Below are positions 49,835 through 63,454 of a stretch of DNA of 64,000 bases, in pieces (positions within the stretch are counted from its first letter, which is position 1; every line of letters starts with the position of its first letter). The notes under the pieces were generated by a model that saw only the letters and a program-made list of their open reading frames with translations, did no database searches and was not told the DNA's origin. The translations under genes were made by a program, and so were the position numbers. The DNA is from Cirrosporium novae-zelandiae (Eukaryota), in contig JAPETS010000058.1 of NCBI GenBank assembly GCA_026023565.1, forward strand, positions 62,001 to 126,000, read 5' to 3'.

Positions 49835-52800
49835 TTACGTCATCTGTTTCAAGAAAGGACTCAGTAATAACTCATCTGCGCTCGGTCGTTTCTCGTAGTC
49901 TGCTTGGAATGTTTGATCTAAAAATACTCGGGCTTCGTCGCTCGCATGTTCAGGTGTCGTAGGCTTGGCGCTGGATCCGATTGCAAAAATTGCTTGTAGC
50001 TGGCTGCAATTTGGGAATGGATGTGTGCCGCTGAACATCTCCACGATGAGACAGCCAAGACTCCAGATGTCTGCTTTGCGGGTGTATGATGTTTGCTTGA
50101 CGACCTCGGGTGCCATCCAGTATACCGAGCCTTGGAGTGAAGGACGATTTGCATGCCCAGCGGCACCACCGCCGTGGGCAGCGGAGTTGAGCAGCGTAGA
50201 TGCCTCGACACGCTTAGAGATACCGAAATCGGAGATTTTGACTTTTCCTTTGTTGTCGACGAGAACATTGGCACCCTTGATATCTCGGTGAATGATATCA
50301 CGACCGTGAAGGTAGGAGAGACCGTCTAGAATTTGACGCACAAAGTTTCGGATCAAGGGTTCTTGGAAGGTATTATATTGAAGCAACATGCCTGCAATAG
50401 AGCCTCCAGGCACGTATTCCAAGAAAATGTTCAGGTGTTCATCATCGCAGGATGTGCCGAGGTATTGGACAATGTTGGGGTGTTGCAAATCACGGAGAAG
50501 GTCAATTTCACGCTTAAGGGCTGTTACCATGGTAGTTTTCTTCTTATCAAGCTCGGGATCCATGCTTTTGTTGGGGACATCCACTTGTTTCACAGCCATC
50601 AGCTCACCAGTAATGGAGTGCAGAGCGAGAAAGACACTTCCAAAAGAACCTTGACCGATAAGTTGACCTCGCATGAACTTAATATTGCCCCACGGATCTC
50701 CTTTCAGGAATTGGTTCAACTCGTCATCTTCTCCCTCGCCGTCTTGCTCTAGAACTTGTGCAATATTATCCTTTAGTTCATCATTGCTGTCATCAAAGTA
50801 GGTCTTTGGTACCGTGTTCCCATCAACATCCGAGACTGTTACATTGGCTGAATTGGAATCACTATCGAACGAAACGTATGATTTGCGATTGGGTTCTAGG
50901 GTTTCCTCTGCAAGTGGTTGAAGCGCCGAAGAAGCAATAGATTCCCTATAAGTAGATTGGGATAATCCACTCCTATGAGACAAAAGCCGTGATAATCGAG
51001 GTTGAGGCTGGGCCATCGCAGCTTCACCTGACAACCACATATCTGCGATATTTGGCATAGGAGGAGCATCTTTTAAGCTTGACGTCATGCTTGAATTGCT
51101 GACCATGCTGAAAGCTCGGCTAAGCCTCGCAGACCTTCGCAATGACATTCTAAGCTTCTCGAGATCTTCTTTCTTCTCCGTCGGGAAGAAAGAAGTTAGT
51201 TCACTCGTGATCATCTCGCTCGGTGGTCTCTGTCCAAAGAATTGACGAAGCTTAGTTGCGCCACGTTTCAGTCGGGGAGAGTCTGCTCGTTCGAGATCCT
51301 CTACAGTAGAATTAATGTTACGGGCACGTTCGGAAGATGTTATAGAATCAGGGGATGTCGGTAATCTGGGGGCAGATAAGGAGGATGCAGGATTCCTGGA
51401 GTTGCCCATAGCCTCGCCAGTCAACTTTTGGAGTTTCGCCTGGCTACGGACGTTGGATTTGAGAGCCTTTTCACGCGATTGTTTATCCTCCTCCATCGCA
51501 ATCTGTGAAGCCCGTTGCAACTCATCTCCGTCAGGTTCACCCGCATGTACTTTTCGTAGAATAAGTCGATTTCGTTCACTTCGAGTGAAATCGTTACAAA
51601 CTCGAAACAATTCCCCGTCGGACAACCGATGGCACATCAAAGGGTCAGGTTCGAATCCATTAAGAACCCAGAAACAATAATTCCGGTGGTTGGCATCCGT
51701 GAGATTGAGCTTCTTCAACACAGTCAAAATCACTTCCTCAGCGGACTTGCAATGCTTAATGTTGATCGATTTCGTTTGGCCTCCGGTGTAGACAAATCGG
51801 ATTATAGGTGAATTTGGTGGCAGTGTACCTATTGTCGATCCATCCACACTGGGAGTTTGTCGCTGATGTATTGCATTTCTCACAGACTGTAAATCTGCAG
51901 GGGTGCCAGGCCGTCTTCCGTTTGTTGAATTGGCCGACGATGGATGGCTATGATATCCAGATCCCTGTTCTCTCCTGGAGCTTTCCGCTGGGCTCATTCC
52001 ACCAAATCTCTGTGCCCGCAGACTTCTGACCTCGCTATCAATAGGTGGCGAACTTGGTCGAGAATTTGACCGATTCGGGACGAAGCTATAACTCTGGAGC
52101 ATGGACGGTTCAATCTGGCGCGAATAGCGTTGTCTTGGTAGACCAGCTGCTTGTGATCTCTCTCGGGACGCATATTGTGTTCGCGGTGAATCGGAGGACG
52201 AAGGAGTATATGCGGAACTGCTCAAAGCAGCAAAAGAATCCTAACTTCTATGAGCATGTAGTCCAACAGCACGAGGCGCAAAGTCACATACTCTATTCCG
52301 CTTCTTGCGATTGCCAGTCGCCTGTTTTCGTAATTGACTTATAGAGGTTGCTATACGAAGCCTGTCACCAATCTTCTTCACACCCATCTCCTTGAGAATA
52401 TTCTGATCTATCTCCAGTAATGTGTCCCCGGTAAAGTTGTTCGCTAGACATTTAATGTTAGCCATATAGATCTAGGACGAGGAATGTATTGAGCGTACCC
52501 TTAAAGAGCTGCTCATATTGACTGAGATGTATGCCCCGAAGCCATTCCGAAACCCGTTTCTCATCCCAGTTCCTATTATGGATCAAATGTCAGTGTTGCT
52601 CGGTTCTAGAGGCGAACTTGTCTAGCGGATCTGTAGCTTCAGTATCCAAGCATCACTCACCGAACCGAGTCCGGTCCGTCATAGTTTTCAGAGAACTCGG
52701 ATTCAGTTGGACTTGCATAAGTGCCATGGTTCGAGAGTTCCATAAGAGGCCCACGGCGAGCTGAAGATGCTAGAGAATATTGTGCTGTTGAACCTTGAGA

Positions 52801-52854
52801 TGATCCAGTAGCTAGAGGAGCTGGCTGCAGTGGTTTTGAGGCTAACATGGCCAT
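49835..52854 (-). CDS. STE11: MAP kinase kinase kinase Ste11 (SAM, Ras-binding, kinase) (exons 52854-52661, 52572-52499, 52443-52292, 52240-49835)
   Basis: SAM (WDEKRVSEWL..KEMGVKKIGDRLRI), RNRLILRK, GQRPPSE, GQGSFGSV, HRDIKGAN, DFG, GSVYWMAPE. Confidence 0.96.
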
Positions 52855-54018
52855 CTTGATATCTCTTCTTTTCCCCCAGGCCTCACGGCACGTGTTATGA
52901 TGGCATTAATTTGTTTTGAAAAGAAGCTCGAAATTGACGGATTAGGCTTTGTCGGAAGGATCAATGATTCAATGGTGAAATCAAGGAGTTGTCGTACGGG
53001 TTAGACTATCTTGAAAAACTCATTATAATAAAATATCGAAGACCAAAAGTAGGGAAGGTGAGGTGAAAGGAATCGGCAAGGTGGAAAGATTTGCGATAAA
53101 GCGATTAGTTGGTAGGGCTTTTTCGGGGGAATCGGTTGGTGAGGGAGCAAGAGTCAGCGCGTGTGGGATGAAACGTTGCAAGCGTAGCAGATTTCCAGCT
53201 CAGTCAGGCGACTGGGGGTGCACAGCAGAGCAGAGGCGATGATGTGATGTGATGAAGGGTTCAAATCGAATACTTCTTGATGGATACTTTTTCTGATGGT
53301 TGTTGTACTGTACAGACAGACAGTACGTTGGACCCTACCCTCCAGTGTTGATTTTTAATTGTGTAAATTAATTACTCTTAACTTCCTCCCATGTTTTGGT
53401 TGGTCTCACCAAGGAGTTGCGAAAATAGAAAGATTGGTAAATAATCATTCTAATAATAATCAACTAAAAGACATTTGACTCCTGACTCTGACTCTTAACT
53501 TACCTCTCTCTGGCTTTTCTTGGAGGTTCTCCTCTTTCTCTCTTTCTCTCTCTCTTGGTCTGCGTGTCCCCGTCGGTTTTTTCTTTGTTTCAGATGATAT
53601 TCAAGGTTCTTCCCGATATTTTACTCCAATCAAAATAAGAATTGAAATCTATACTTTTCAGCTAAGCTCGGATAGGCACCTGGTATTGTTATTATAGTCT
53701 GTTTCAGCATGAGAGATAGGAATTTATTCGTCATTCCTCTGTATTAATTGGTTTTCAAATGTTAAATGACCCATGACCCATGTTCTAATTTATTGCTTTT
53801 ATTACTTTTATTACTTTTATACAACAATTTATGCTACTCGCATTCGTATTCTATAAATGTTACTTTGTATTACTCTAATCTAATTACCAAGGTATCCAAA
53901 CAACCCCTCCCCATATGAATCAATCTACAATTAAAAAATGAGGACTCGAGTATCTCAACTCCGCTTAATTCAAGCCTCTTTGCGCTCCGTGCATATGATG
54001 ATGATCTACACGAGGATG

Positions 54019-54053
54019 GACATGGGATTGACATGGGATTGACATGGGATTGA
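54019..54053. repeat. Tandem 11-mer (GACATGGGATT) x3
   Basis: Directly visible. Confidence 0.85.
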
Positions 54054-54315
54054 ACAACACCGTCTTGATCAACAACTTGATTGTTTCATTCATTCCTTAC
54101 AAAACAGCGGTCAACCATCAGGCAGAACTTCAACCTCCATAATTTGGCCAATAATCAGGAAATTCCTATCATATGTACTCATCAAACAGAGAATCATAAA
54201 GTATAACAGCATAACACTAACCTCCTGGTTCCACGCCTTAACCCGACAACCAAGAATGCCCAAACTAACTAGATACACAATCATCTCACCGCCGAATTTT
54301 GTGTAAAGAACGCTT

Positions 54316-55881
54316 TTATCTGAGAAGCACTTCTTGCTCTGCGATGGTGGAATATACTCCTGCTTCCGCTTCCATCATCGTACCCAGAACCTTCGAGTCT
54401 AGAGAATGAATAAATTAGCTCTCAAAAAACTCGTGCAAACAGATGTGGAGGCAGCAAAGAAGAAATTAATGCTTACCACTGAAGGGGAGAATTTGGGTTG
54501 CCATTATACCTACAACTCCCTTTTCTCTATCTGCCCACCAGTACAGGTTTGGCAATCCCACCCAGTTAGCCGTGTTTTTCCCCCGTCCTGTCGCTGTAGG
54601 ATGTGTAGTTAACATGAACCTACAGTCTTTTGGTTAATGCAATCTATTAAAATCATGGATGGCTGGCTGAACCTACGTCAATCCCCAGCCTTGTTCATGT
54701 TCCATAGGTTGCGGGTATAGCTCAGGTATTGCATTAGTGAAGTTTGGTTTCGAGGCGGGGACAAATTGACGACCAAAATTTGGGAATTCTGGAATCTGGT
54801 TTTTATACATCTCGTTTACCGTTTCCGGCTTCAAAATCCTGGCATTTTTCCGAGGGTGCTTTCCTTGGTTAACAAGACAGAGGAGAAGTTCTAGTTTTTC
54901 AAGTATTAGCACAAACATCATACTCCACCCATATCGAAATCAGGTTCAGATACCGCAATAGTCTGTTGGCTTGGCAAAACAACCTGCTCCACCAGAGCAA
55001 AACAATCCCTTTCTATCATCCTGAGATTTTGCTATCAATGGTGGACGGTATTGGTGGTCAATGGCTCTTATCTTTCCGTTCTCTCTTTGATGCAAATAAG
55101 CCAAGTTTCGTTTCATTGCTTCACTGGGGAAGAAGGTTATATTTTCAAGGCCCAAGGGCTTGAAAATATGCTTCTGAAAATAATCCTCCAATGACATCCC
55201 TGACACGCGAACTACCATCTGACCAGCCCAGTCAATGTTCGTTCCGTATTCCCATCTCTCACCAGGTTGATTTGCAAGAACCGTGTGCAATGCATCGTTC
55301 CTCAACCCTGAGATTTCGTCAAGGCCGATAGGCTGCGCATAGTGGTTGAGCTGTGTGTTGAAAAATGTATATCCAAACCCCGCTATTTCATCTATCAGCA
55401 TGCAGCAAGAATAGCAAAGCTCCAGAAACAAAATAACATGTCAATGATAAGCCATGGGTTTATAGAGCATACCAGTATGGTTCAAAAGCATTCTCAGAGT
55501 AATGCCTCTCTTTTTATCTACCAACTCATAACGCCCTCCTCCTTTTTCTTTCAGTACCTTGGCAGTTTTCAACTCTGGCAGTATCTTTTCTACCTGCTCC
55601 ACACTGTCTAGCTCCAACTTGCCCTGCTCGACTAATTGCATACATGCAATCCCAGTGATGGTCTTTGTGCATGATGCCATCCAAAAGATTGTATCAAGGG
55701 TCATAAGATCCGGCGACCCAAGACCCACTTGACCAGATGCATGCTGAAAGATTGGAGTTCCATCCCTGTTCAAAACAGAAAAGACCAGACCCGGAATTCC
55801 ATTCTCAGGGTCTATGGTTGAACGATTTATCTTTGCTTCTATTGACTTGGTAGCAGCGTCAGATAACCTGCGTGCACTCAT
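54316..55881 (-). CDS. Beta-lactamase-family serine hydrolase/transesterase (LovD-like) (exons 55881-55473, 55382-54954, 54890-54677, 54619-54477, 54398-54316)
   Basis: SxxK (ASCTK), LLNHTAGFGY, PGERWEYG, GWGLTF, WVGLPNLYWWADRE; four canonical introns. Confidence 0.9.
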
Positions 55882-56902
55882 CGGGCCAATATTGCTAGTG
55901 GAAAATGTTTCTAATTAGGTATGAAGATATTCAAAATAGTTTTGATTCCAATCAACAATTCCAGAACGAAGAAGCAGCAATTCATCTTCCCTTTAAAGCA
56001 AATCGCTGTTCAATCCCCTCACACCAACTGACGCTTACCCCTCGGCTCCCCTCACAACAATAGATAATCCAACCAAATTGGAGGCTGACAGCCCAGACGA
56101 GGGATAACTTTAAAGCTAGGTTCTATTCTCGTCGGTATGTTGTCACCTCGTCCCCTCTTGAGTTTATTGTTTTCTACTTGGTACAACACGTTGGACCGAT
56201 TAACAATACCCGTATTATGCCTGCACAATGTGTTGATCATTATAATGTTTAAAATGCTATATGCACAGATAACCAATCATTTACTATCATATAGTTGTGA
56301 TTAACAGATCAACCAAGACATGTTCATCTATGTACAGTACAACCCCGCTCTTCGAAGCCGAGGTGATATACAACAGTAGATGTCCATTATGCAAAGTCAA
56401 TTGCTAAGAGCTAGTATTGACATCATCCCTAGGCGGAACTGAACTTAGATGGTCCATTTGTGCCATTACACCATGATAGGAGAGAATGGATTTGACGAAG
56501 AGGAACTCATCAACACTGGTATTTCTTATAAAAGCACGCAATAATGGCCCTTAGATTCCCAGCACGCCCAGGTAGTCTTATATGTATAAAGTAGAATAAT
56601 TTACAATAATAGCTTCATAGTCTTTATTAAAGATTCAAACATGATTGAAAGTAACCGCTACTCATAAATTCGGCCACTCGGTTTCGAGTAATTATTATTG
56701 GAGGCCTAGATATGTAGGCATCCATAACCGTTCTAGAGTAAAGTCGGGGGTTAAAATTGCCGATACGGTCAGTAATGGGTAGCTTCAAGCTCGAGTGTTC
56801 AACCATCTTCTTCTAACTACTCCTCCAAGCTTATATTTGACATCAACAAGCTTGACCTTCTCTTAGCCTCTTCATTATATCCTGTACTTAGAAAAAGTCA
56901 CG

Positions 56903-58624
56903 ATGGATGAAGATGAATTAAGAAAATATCTTCCTACCTCTTTTGGAAAACAAACAAAAAGTACAAATATTGCTGCTCAAATTGACCGTACAAAACGAAA
57001 GGTTTCTCCAGAGCAGGCGAATGATAACAGACATCCAACAGAAGTTGAAGAGGAACATAGTTCCAGCAAAAGTGATAATTCGGATGACGACTCCGATGAT
57101 GATTCTGACGAGGAGGATGAGTTTCCTGTATCACATGAATTGGTTCTCAAAACGCATGAGCGTGCAATAACTACCATCACAGTGGACCCTTCAGGATCTC
57201 GTATGATATCAGGCTCTGCGGATTGCACCTTAAAGTTCCATGATTTCGCATCCATGACACCAACTACTTTGCGCGCTTTTAAATCCGTCGATCCTACAGC
57301 TACAAAAGCCAGCGCAACTTCTGAAGCACATCCTATCCACCACGTTGAGTTCTGTGCTTTAGCTCCAAGTCAGGTTCTTGTCATATCGGCCACAACCCAA
57401 GCAAAGATACTTGATCGAGATGGAGACACCCTTACCGAATTTGTGAAAGGGGATATGTATTTGAGGGATATGCATAATACGAAGGGACATGTTTCAGAGA
57501 TCACAACAGGCACATGGCATCCAACTGATGCCAACCTATGTCTTACCGCTGGAACAGACAGCACACTCCGAATATGGGATGTTAATATGAAACGATGTCA
57601 GAAAGAAGTTATTGTACATAAATCTAAGGCAGCAGGCTCAGCAGGAAGATCGAGGATAACCGCTGTGGCATGGGGATCTCCTAGGCAGGGGGGGAATAAT
57701 GTTCTAATTGCTGCTGCTCTTGATGGAAGTCTTGTCATGTGGGGTGGCGACGGCCCCTATACTAGACCAGCAGGGGAAGTTAGAGACGCCCATCAACGAG
57801 ATACTTGGACCAGTGGTTTGGACATAAGTTCTGACGGCAGGCTTGTTATCACAAGAGGTGGTGACGATACCATCAAACTCTGGGATACTCGGAAGTTCAA
57901 GCAACCCATCTCTACTGCTCCTCATCCCTCGACATCTTCACAGTTTCCTACTTCAAACATTATTTTCTCTCCCTCGTCATCAAACATTCTCACCGGCTCC
58001 CAGACAGGCCATCTTCACATTCTCAACCCAGCTACTCTCCGCCCTGAGCTTGTTACTCCTGTTACACCTGGCTTTCCCCTGGTCACTGTGTACTGGCACC
58101 CAACCCTTAACCAAATTCTTACAGGATCTGCGAATGCCGAAACACATGTCCTCTACAATCCTTCAATGTCCACTAAAGGTGCTACACTTGTTCTCTCCAA
58201 GGCTCCGAAGCGTCGCCACGTTGATGATGATCCCAACATTACTACTGATCTATCCCAAGGATTCTCTGGTGATGGTGTTGTTAATCCCAATGGCCTTTTA
58301 TCTGCACCAGCTGCTAGCTTTGCCGCAAGGCATCCTACTGTTGGATTAACAGCATCTGGAAGGTCCAGAGATCCAAGAAGGCCACATATTCCTCAACAAA
58401 CTCCATTTTCCAAGAGTCAGCCAGACGCAAAACATATCAAGGAGCATATACCTCTCAGCTCTATGCGTGATGAAGATCCAAGAGAGGCATTACTCAAATA
58501 TGCAGAGAAAGCGGAAAAAGAGCCAATGTTCACCAATGCATGGAAATATACCCAACCCAAAACTATATATGCTGATTTAAGCGATGAGGAGGAAGGACCA
58601 GAAAAGAAGAAAACTAAACGTTGA
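56903..58624 (+). CDS. WD40-repeat protein, WDR70/Gad-1 family
   Basis: FVKGDMYLRDMHNTKGH, WD repeats, RDEDPREALLKY, FTNAW..TQP. Confidence 0.92.
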   Translation: MDEDELRKYLPTSFGKQTKSTNIAAQIDRTKRKVSPEQANDNRHPTEVEEEHSSSKSDNSDDDSDDDSDEEDEFPVSHELVLKTHERAITTITVDPSGSRMISGSADCTLKFHDFASMTPTTLRAFKSVDPTATKASATSEAHPIHHVEFCALAPSQVLVISATTQAKILDRDGDTLTEFVKGDMYLRDMHNTKGHVSEITTGTWHPTDANLCLTAGTDSTLRIWDVNMKRCQKEVIVHKSKAAGSAGRSRITAVAWGSPRQGGNNVLIAAALDGSLVMWGGDGPYTRPAGEVRDAHQRDTWTSGLDISSDGRLVITRGGDDTIKLWDTRKFKQPISTAPHPSTSSQFPTSNIIFSPSSSNILTGSQTGHLHILNPATLRPELVTPVTPGFPLVTVYWHPTLNQILTGSANAETHVLYNPSMSTKGATLVLSKAPKRRHVDDDPNITTDLSQGFSGDGVVNPNGLLSAPAASFAARHPTVGLTASGRSRDPRRPHIPQQTPFSKSQPDAKHIKEHIPLSSMRDEDPREALLKYAEKAEKEPMFTNAWKYTQPKTIYADLSDEEEGPEKKKTKR

Positions 58625-59516
58625 CCTGGCTTATTCTTTGCCGGGAGTCAATATGTACAATATAACGAGTTTCAACTGCCACCCGTCCAGCACCTTATTA
58701 AGAAATTTTCTAATTGTTACTCCTTTATTGTTTGGTATGTTGAAAGTCGAGGATCCCAATGTTTCACAGTCCTGGATATTCAGTTATTAATTTTTGAGCT
58801 AGGTGCTGAAGAGTACAATGTACAAAGTCACTTATTAGTTTTTCTTGATTACCCCCAGATATACCAGTGCAAAACGCATATGAACTACGATATACTTGTC
58901 ATCTAGTGCCATCCAGGACTCTTCCCCGACCCTTGTAAAGATCATGATATTTTACTGCGGCTTCGCAGCTAGATATGATCCACTACGCTCTGTTTATAAG
59001 TCAACATTCTATATATGGACAGAGTCACCAGTTAGCTACAGGTGGTGTGTCCCCTTATAACAGATTTCGAATGGCACTATTCTAGGAAGTTTGTCCTAGC
59101 TCTGGGTCTACTAGCTTATTGTGACAGTCATACTTAATTTCTTGGCTTCATACGACTTATATTCCTCTGCTCTACAGAATGAACCTGATATCGAGTAGAA
59201 TGAAATTGGTTCTCAAAGCCTTGATACCCGAAAGATTTGAACTGCCAGTGGAAGAGTAATATTCTCAATAGCAATTAGGATGGTGCGAGGGCTAAAGAAG
59301 CATTAGAATGGCTATGCTTATATTCTATTTTGTTATGATGTTAATGTGGGTCAATGAATACAAGCTCTCGTCTAGTCTCTGCAAAGGCGTGGTAAGGTTT
59401 TGGCTATCGCCTTTCCAGAGAGGTATTCCCTTCGTCTGTTTATCCAAAGACTTTCCTCTTTTTCTTGTTGACTTCATATGCACAGTATCTGCTATCTGAG
59501 CACGAATTCGGCACTT

Positions 59517-60512
59517 CTAAGACGTTCTACCCTCGGAGGCTTTTCGAGCTAGTTCCCGATCATCTAAACGAAACGGATTGTCGGATCCCTTCGCCATATT
59601 TTTGAGTGCATGCTTCGCGAAAGTTGCTCCTGCTGCAGAGTCAAGAAGCTCGTCCAACCGTGTCATATCCTCCCTAAGGTCGTCCATCTTCATACTTGCA
59701 TAAAACCCCAGCCAGCGCATAAAGGCATCATTTTCATCAAAGTTGCCGAAAGCATATTCCAGGAGGCTGAACACTGCGCCTAGATTAAATTTACCAGTTT
59801 CCATGTTACTGAGGGTGGTAGTTATCTTGGCTCGAGATAGTTGCTTTAGACACGGAATCATGTACTTGTCTGCAAAAGCATATAACTTGATGTTTGAGAG
59901 AACACTCCTTTCGCTGACCTTTTTGGTCTTGATTGTGGAAGCGGTTGAAGTGGAACCACCCGGATATTGGAACCATTGATCGGGTTGACCCTCGCCACAC
60001 TGATAACAATATTCCCTGTCAGGGGCCCCATCATTTGTGAATGTTTCACCGCAACGGGTGCACTTGTAGAAGGAACTGTCGGGATATATAGTTTCTTCTA
60101 GACCCTCGTCAGGGTCATAATAATTGCCAGTATAAGCCCACTCGACGAAGGAAATGAGAAGTTCCTCCGTTATATCACTATCTCGGAAAGTATAACAGCG
60201 TTCCTGCATCTCCTTCCAATGCCCTTCACAGACACGCCAGAGGACATCGGATTTAGACTTCAGAAGGGTTTCGTGAATGAAGAGCTTTTTCTGGGAGCCA
60301 TCACCTTGAAGCGCAAAAGGCGACGAGTCCAAGAAACTAATACATATAGGATTAGATACCTCCAGTAAAGCATAATTTACATCTAGCCTCGTTAAAACTC
60401 ACTCCTTGTATTGAAGGTTCTTTTCGTCTTGTGTCACACTTTCTGTGTCTTTCATGGAAACTTGATCCATTTTCTCAATCTTCCTCTGCCGCTTCTTCTC
60501 CTTCTTACCCAT
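59517..60512 (-). CDS. BTB/POZ-domain protein with inserted CxxC..CxxC (exons 60512-60403, 60336-59517)
   Basis: FIHETLL, GHWKEMQE, FVEWAYTGNY, KLYAFADKYMIPCLKQLS. Confidence 0.8.
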
Positions 60513-60559
60513 GAGCAGTTAACAATAACAACAAACTATCTTAGCTTATAATTAAGAGA

Positions 60560-61590
60560 GAAAAGGTTGATAACTTTAGGGATACTTATTAAAGTGAAAG
60601 TGAAAATACTTCACATCAATCACCACCCACCCTACATGAAGACATGCGATACATGCATGCGATACATGCATACCTATCATGTCGCACAAAGGAGGGGCAA
60701 AAACATTAAACTGAAGCGGCAACCGAAAACCAGGTTGTCTGTCTTCCGCTCCTCCTCCAATTATGAAGCAGATACGCGGGATCTTTCTCGCCCCTCCGAC
60801 CAAACAAATAGATTTAATATATTGGAAAGGACAGTTCTATGTACACATACATACGTACATACGTATACATGCATGCATATATCGTCATCAGTGCCACATA
60901 AAATATATTCTTCGGTACTTTGTAGGGTAGGGGGTATGATTAATTACGCCCCCAAATGCCTCCAATACCTCCAAGCCAGCCAGCTAGCCACATAACCTCA
61001 ACTTATGGAAAGGGTATCTACTTAAAACATCACTCTAGCCAACCAACCCACCAACCAACCATCCCTCTAACCAACCAATTACCACAATCATACAGATATA
61101 TACTAAGTAGAGGATGTACATCACCCGCCTACCGCCACCACCACCACCACTAAACTCCTATTTCCATCTCCATCTCCACCTCCATCCATACTTACATCCA
61201 CCCATCCAGTAAACCATCCCATCCCATCCCATCCCAACTCACACGAAATTTAACCAAAAAACAAAAACAGACCCTTTCCGATATGATTAAAACCCCCAAA
61301 TCCCCAAATACACAAGTCTTTTCCTAAGAGGTACTACTATATTACTACATCTCAACCATCTATTATTATTATTATCCAAAAGCAAAAAAAGAAAGAAGAA
61401 GAAAAAGATACTTTATGATCTTTTTTTTTCTTCTCTGCACCTACACCTACTGGTTGCATTATAACATAGCAGACATATACATACAAAAAAAGCGGAAGGA
61501 GGGTAAGGGATAAGGGAGGATAGAAGATTGGAAATAAGAAATGAGAAAATGGTGGTATGTGGTTAAGGGTGAAGGGACTAGGGTAGGAGA

Positions 61591-61640
<50 letters not shown>

Positions 61641-61890
61641 CGGGTTTGGAGGTTAGGGAATGGGTAATGCCTAATAGATAGGGGTGCGTGGGAGAAGGTG
61701 GAGGGAGGGATTGGTTGTAGATGTTAGGATTAAGGGGGGGGGGGGACAATCAAGCCCTTAAATATTGAATAGTCATTTTCCATACTCCGGTATCGAAAAT
61801 CGTATACAGCTTTTTTTTAAAAAAAAGGAAAGAATAAATACGGCCACCATTTAGACCTCAATTCATTCAAATTATTATAAAAAAATCCCC
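60560..61890. repeat. Microsatellite/low-complexity tract including a 45-nt poly-G (61593-61637)
   Basis: (ACAT)n, (CCAA)n, (CAC)n, (CCATC)n, poly-G visible. Confidence 0.85.
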
Positions 61891-61892
61891 CT

Positions 61893-63454
61893 TCACAGAT
61901 GAGCTTTCTCCTTAACCCCATACTCCCTCAACAATCTCTCCCCCTCTTCCTTTTGCCTATTTATCTTCTCCGTTGCGGCTTTACCCCTCTTATTCTCGTT
62001 CTTCCCCATCTGCTGCAAATGCACCTCGTCCGGCCCGTCAGCGAGTCTCAGCGTCCTTATCTGCGCCCACATGTATGCGAGCGGGGTATCCTGACATACC
62101 CCAGCGCCCCCGAATGTCTGGACCGCCCTGTCGATAACTGTCAGGGCCATGCTGGGAACCAGAACCTTGGCTTCTGCAATTTCTTTGAGGGCGGCTTTGG
62201 GGCCCAGGGTGTCCATGGCGATGGCGGCATTCAGGACGATGAGACGGGCGGCGTCGATCTCGAGACGGGATTTTGCGATCCATTCGAGGATGACGCCGTG
62301 TTCAGAGAGGAGTTTTTTGAAGGGGGTCTTCTTGGGATCATTGATCCGCGTGAGCATCCAATCTAGGGCCATCTCGGCGGCGCCGATGGTCCTCATAGCG
62401 TGATGGATCCGCCCGGGGCCCAGTCTCCCTTGGATTATTTCGAAGCCTCGTCCCTCACCGAGAACCATGTTTGAGGCAGGGACCCGTACGTTGTGGAATA
62501 GGATGTGTCCGTGGCCATGGGGGGCGTCGTCGAATCCGTAGACGGACAACATGCGTTTAATTGTTATACCGGGGGTGGATGCGGGGACTAGGATTACGGA
62601 TTGTTGCTTGTAGGGAGAAGGGTTGGAGGGTGAGGTTTTGCCCATGACAATATAAATGGCGCATCGGGGATCGCCCGCACCAGAAGACCACCATTTCTAA
62701 TTATAAATAAGTGGGCTGTAGAGCATATGAGAGCTTCAAACGAACATACCGAGCCATTGAGAACATAGTCATTTCCTTCTTTCACCATGGTGAGGGTAAT
62801 GTTGGTGGCATCGCTGGATGCAACATCTGGTTCTGTCATGAGAAACGCAGACCGAATCTTGCCCTCTAGTAAAGGTTCGAGCCATTCTTTCTTCTGCGCA
62901 GCATTTCCATATTTTGCCAATACTTCCATATTGCCGGTATCTGGAGCTGCACAATTGGTTGCCTACTCAACACAGAAGTCAGGTTCCACTTTTCTTCGCC
63001 TTGGAGTCGTATTCCTACCTCGCTGGCCAGATGACTTTTCCCCAAATACTCAGCCATCAGCCCGTATTCCAGATTCGAGAATCCAGCACCAATATCCCCA
63101 AAGTGGTTCTTAGGGAGAAACATATTCCAGAGACCAAGCTTCTTAGCTTTAGCTTTTAGATCATCGATAATGGAAGGATATTTGCTCCATCTTTCGGACC
63201 CCACGCCTAGTTGAGCGTGAGCGACGGTATCGGCGGGAATACATTCTGTCTCAACGAATTGTTCGACCTATATATGGAAGCAATAGTTAATATGGAGTTC
63301 GTGTTCTCTATGCAGGGTAAGGTATAGAGTAGCGAACCAGGTCCAAAGTCTTCTTTGCCCTCTCACTGACAAATGGCTGGGCAATAATGGGGATCTTGGA
63401 TGAAGCAGACTGCAGTGTGCCACCGCTGGTGAGATTCTGAGTGGAGTTGGACAT
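61893..63454 (-). CDS. Acyl-CoA dehydrogenase (ACAD10/11-like), PTS1-like -AHL (exons 63454-63338, 63267-63019, 62962-62750, 62696-61893)
   Basis: [65 protein letters not shown]. Confidence 0.95.

Noticed and set aside
54019..54053. Short repeat array as CRISPR-like
   Set aside because: Spacerless 11-bp tandem repeat in a eukaryote
54316..55881. Beta-lactamase as a horizontally acquired resistance gene or part of a PKS cluster
   Set aside because: Four spliceosomal introns, a common fungal esterase family, and no backbone enzyme nearby
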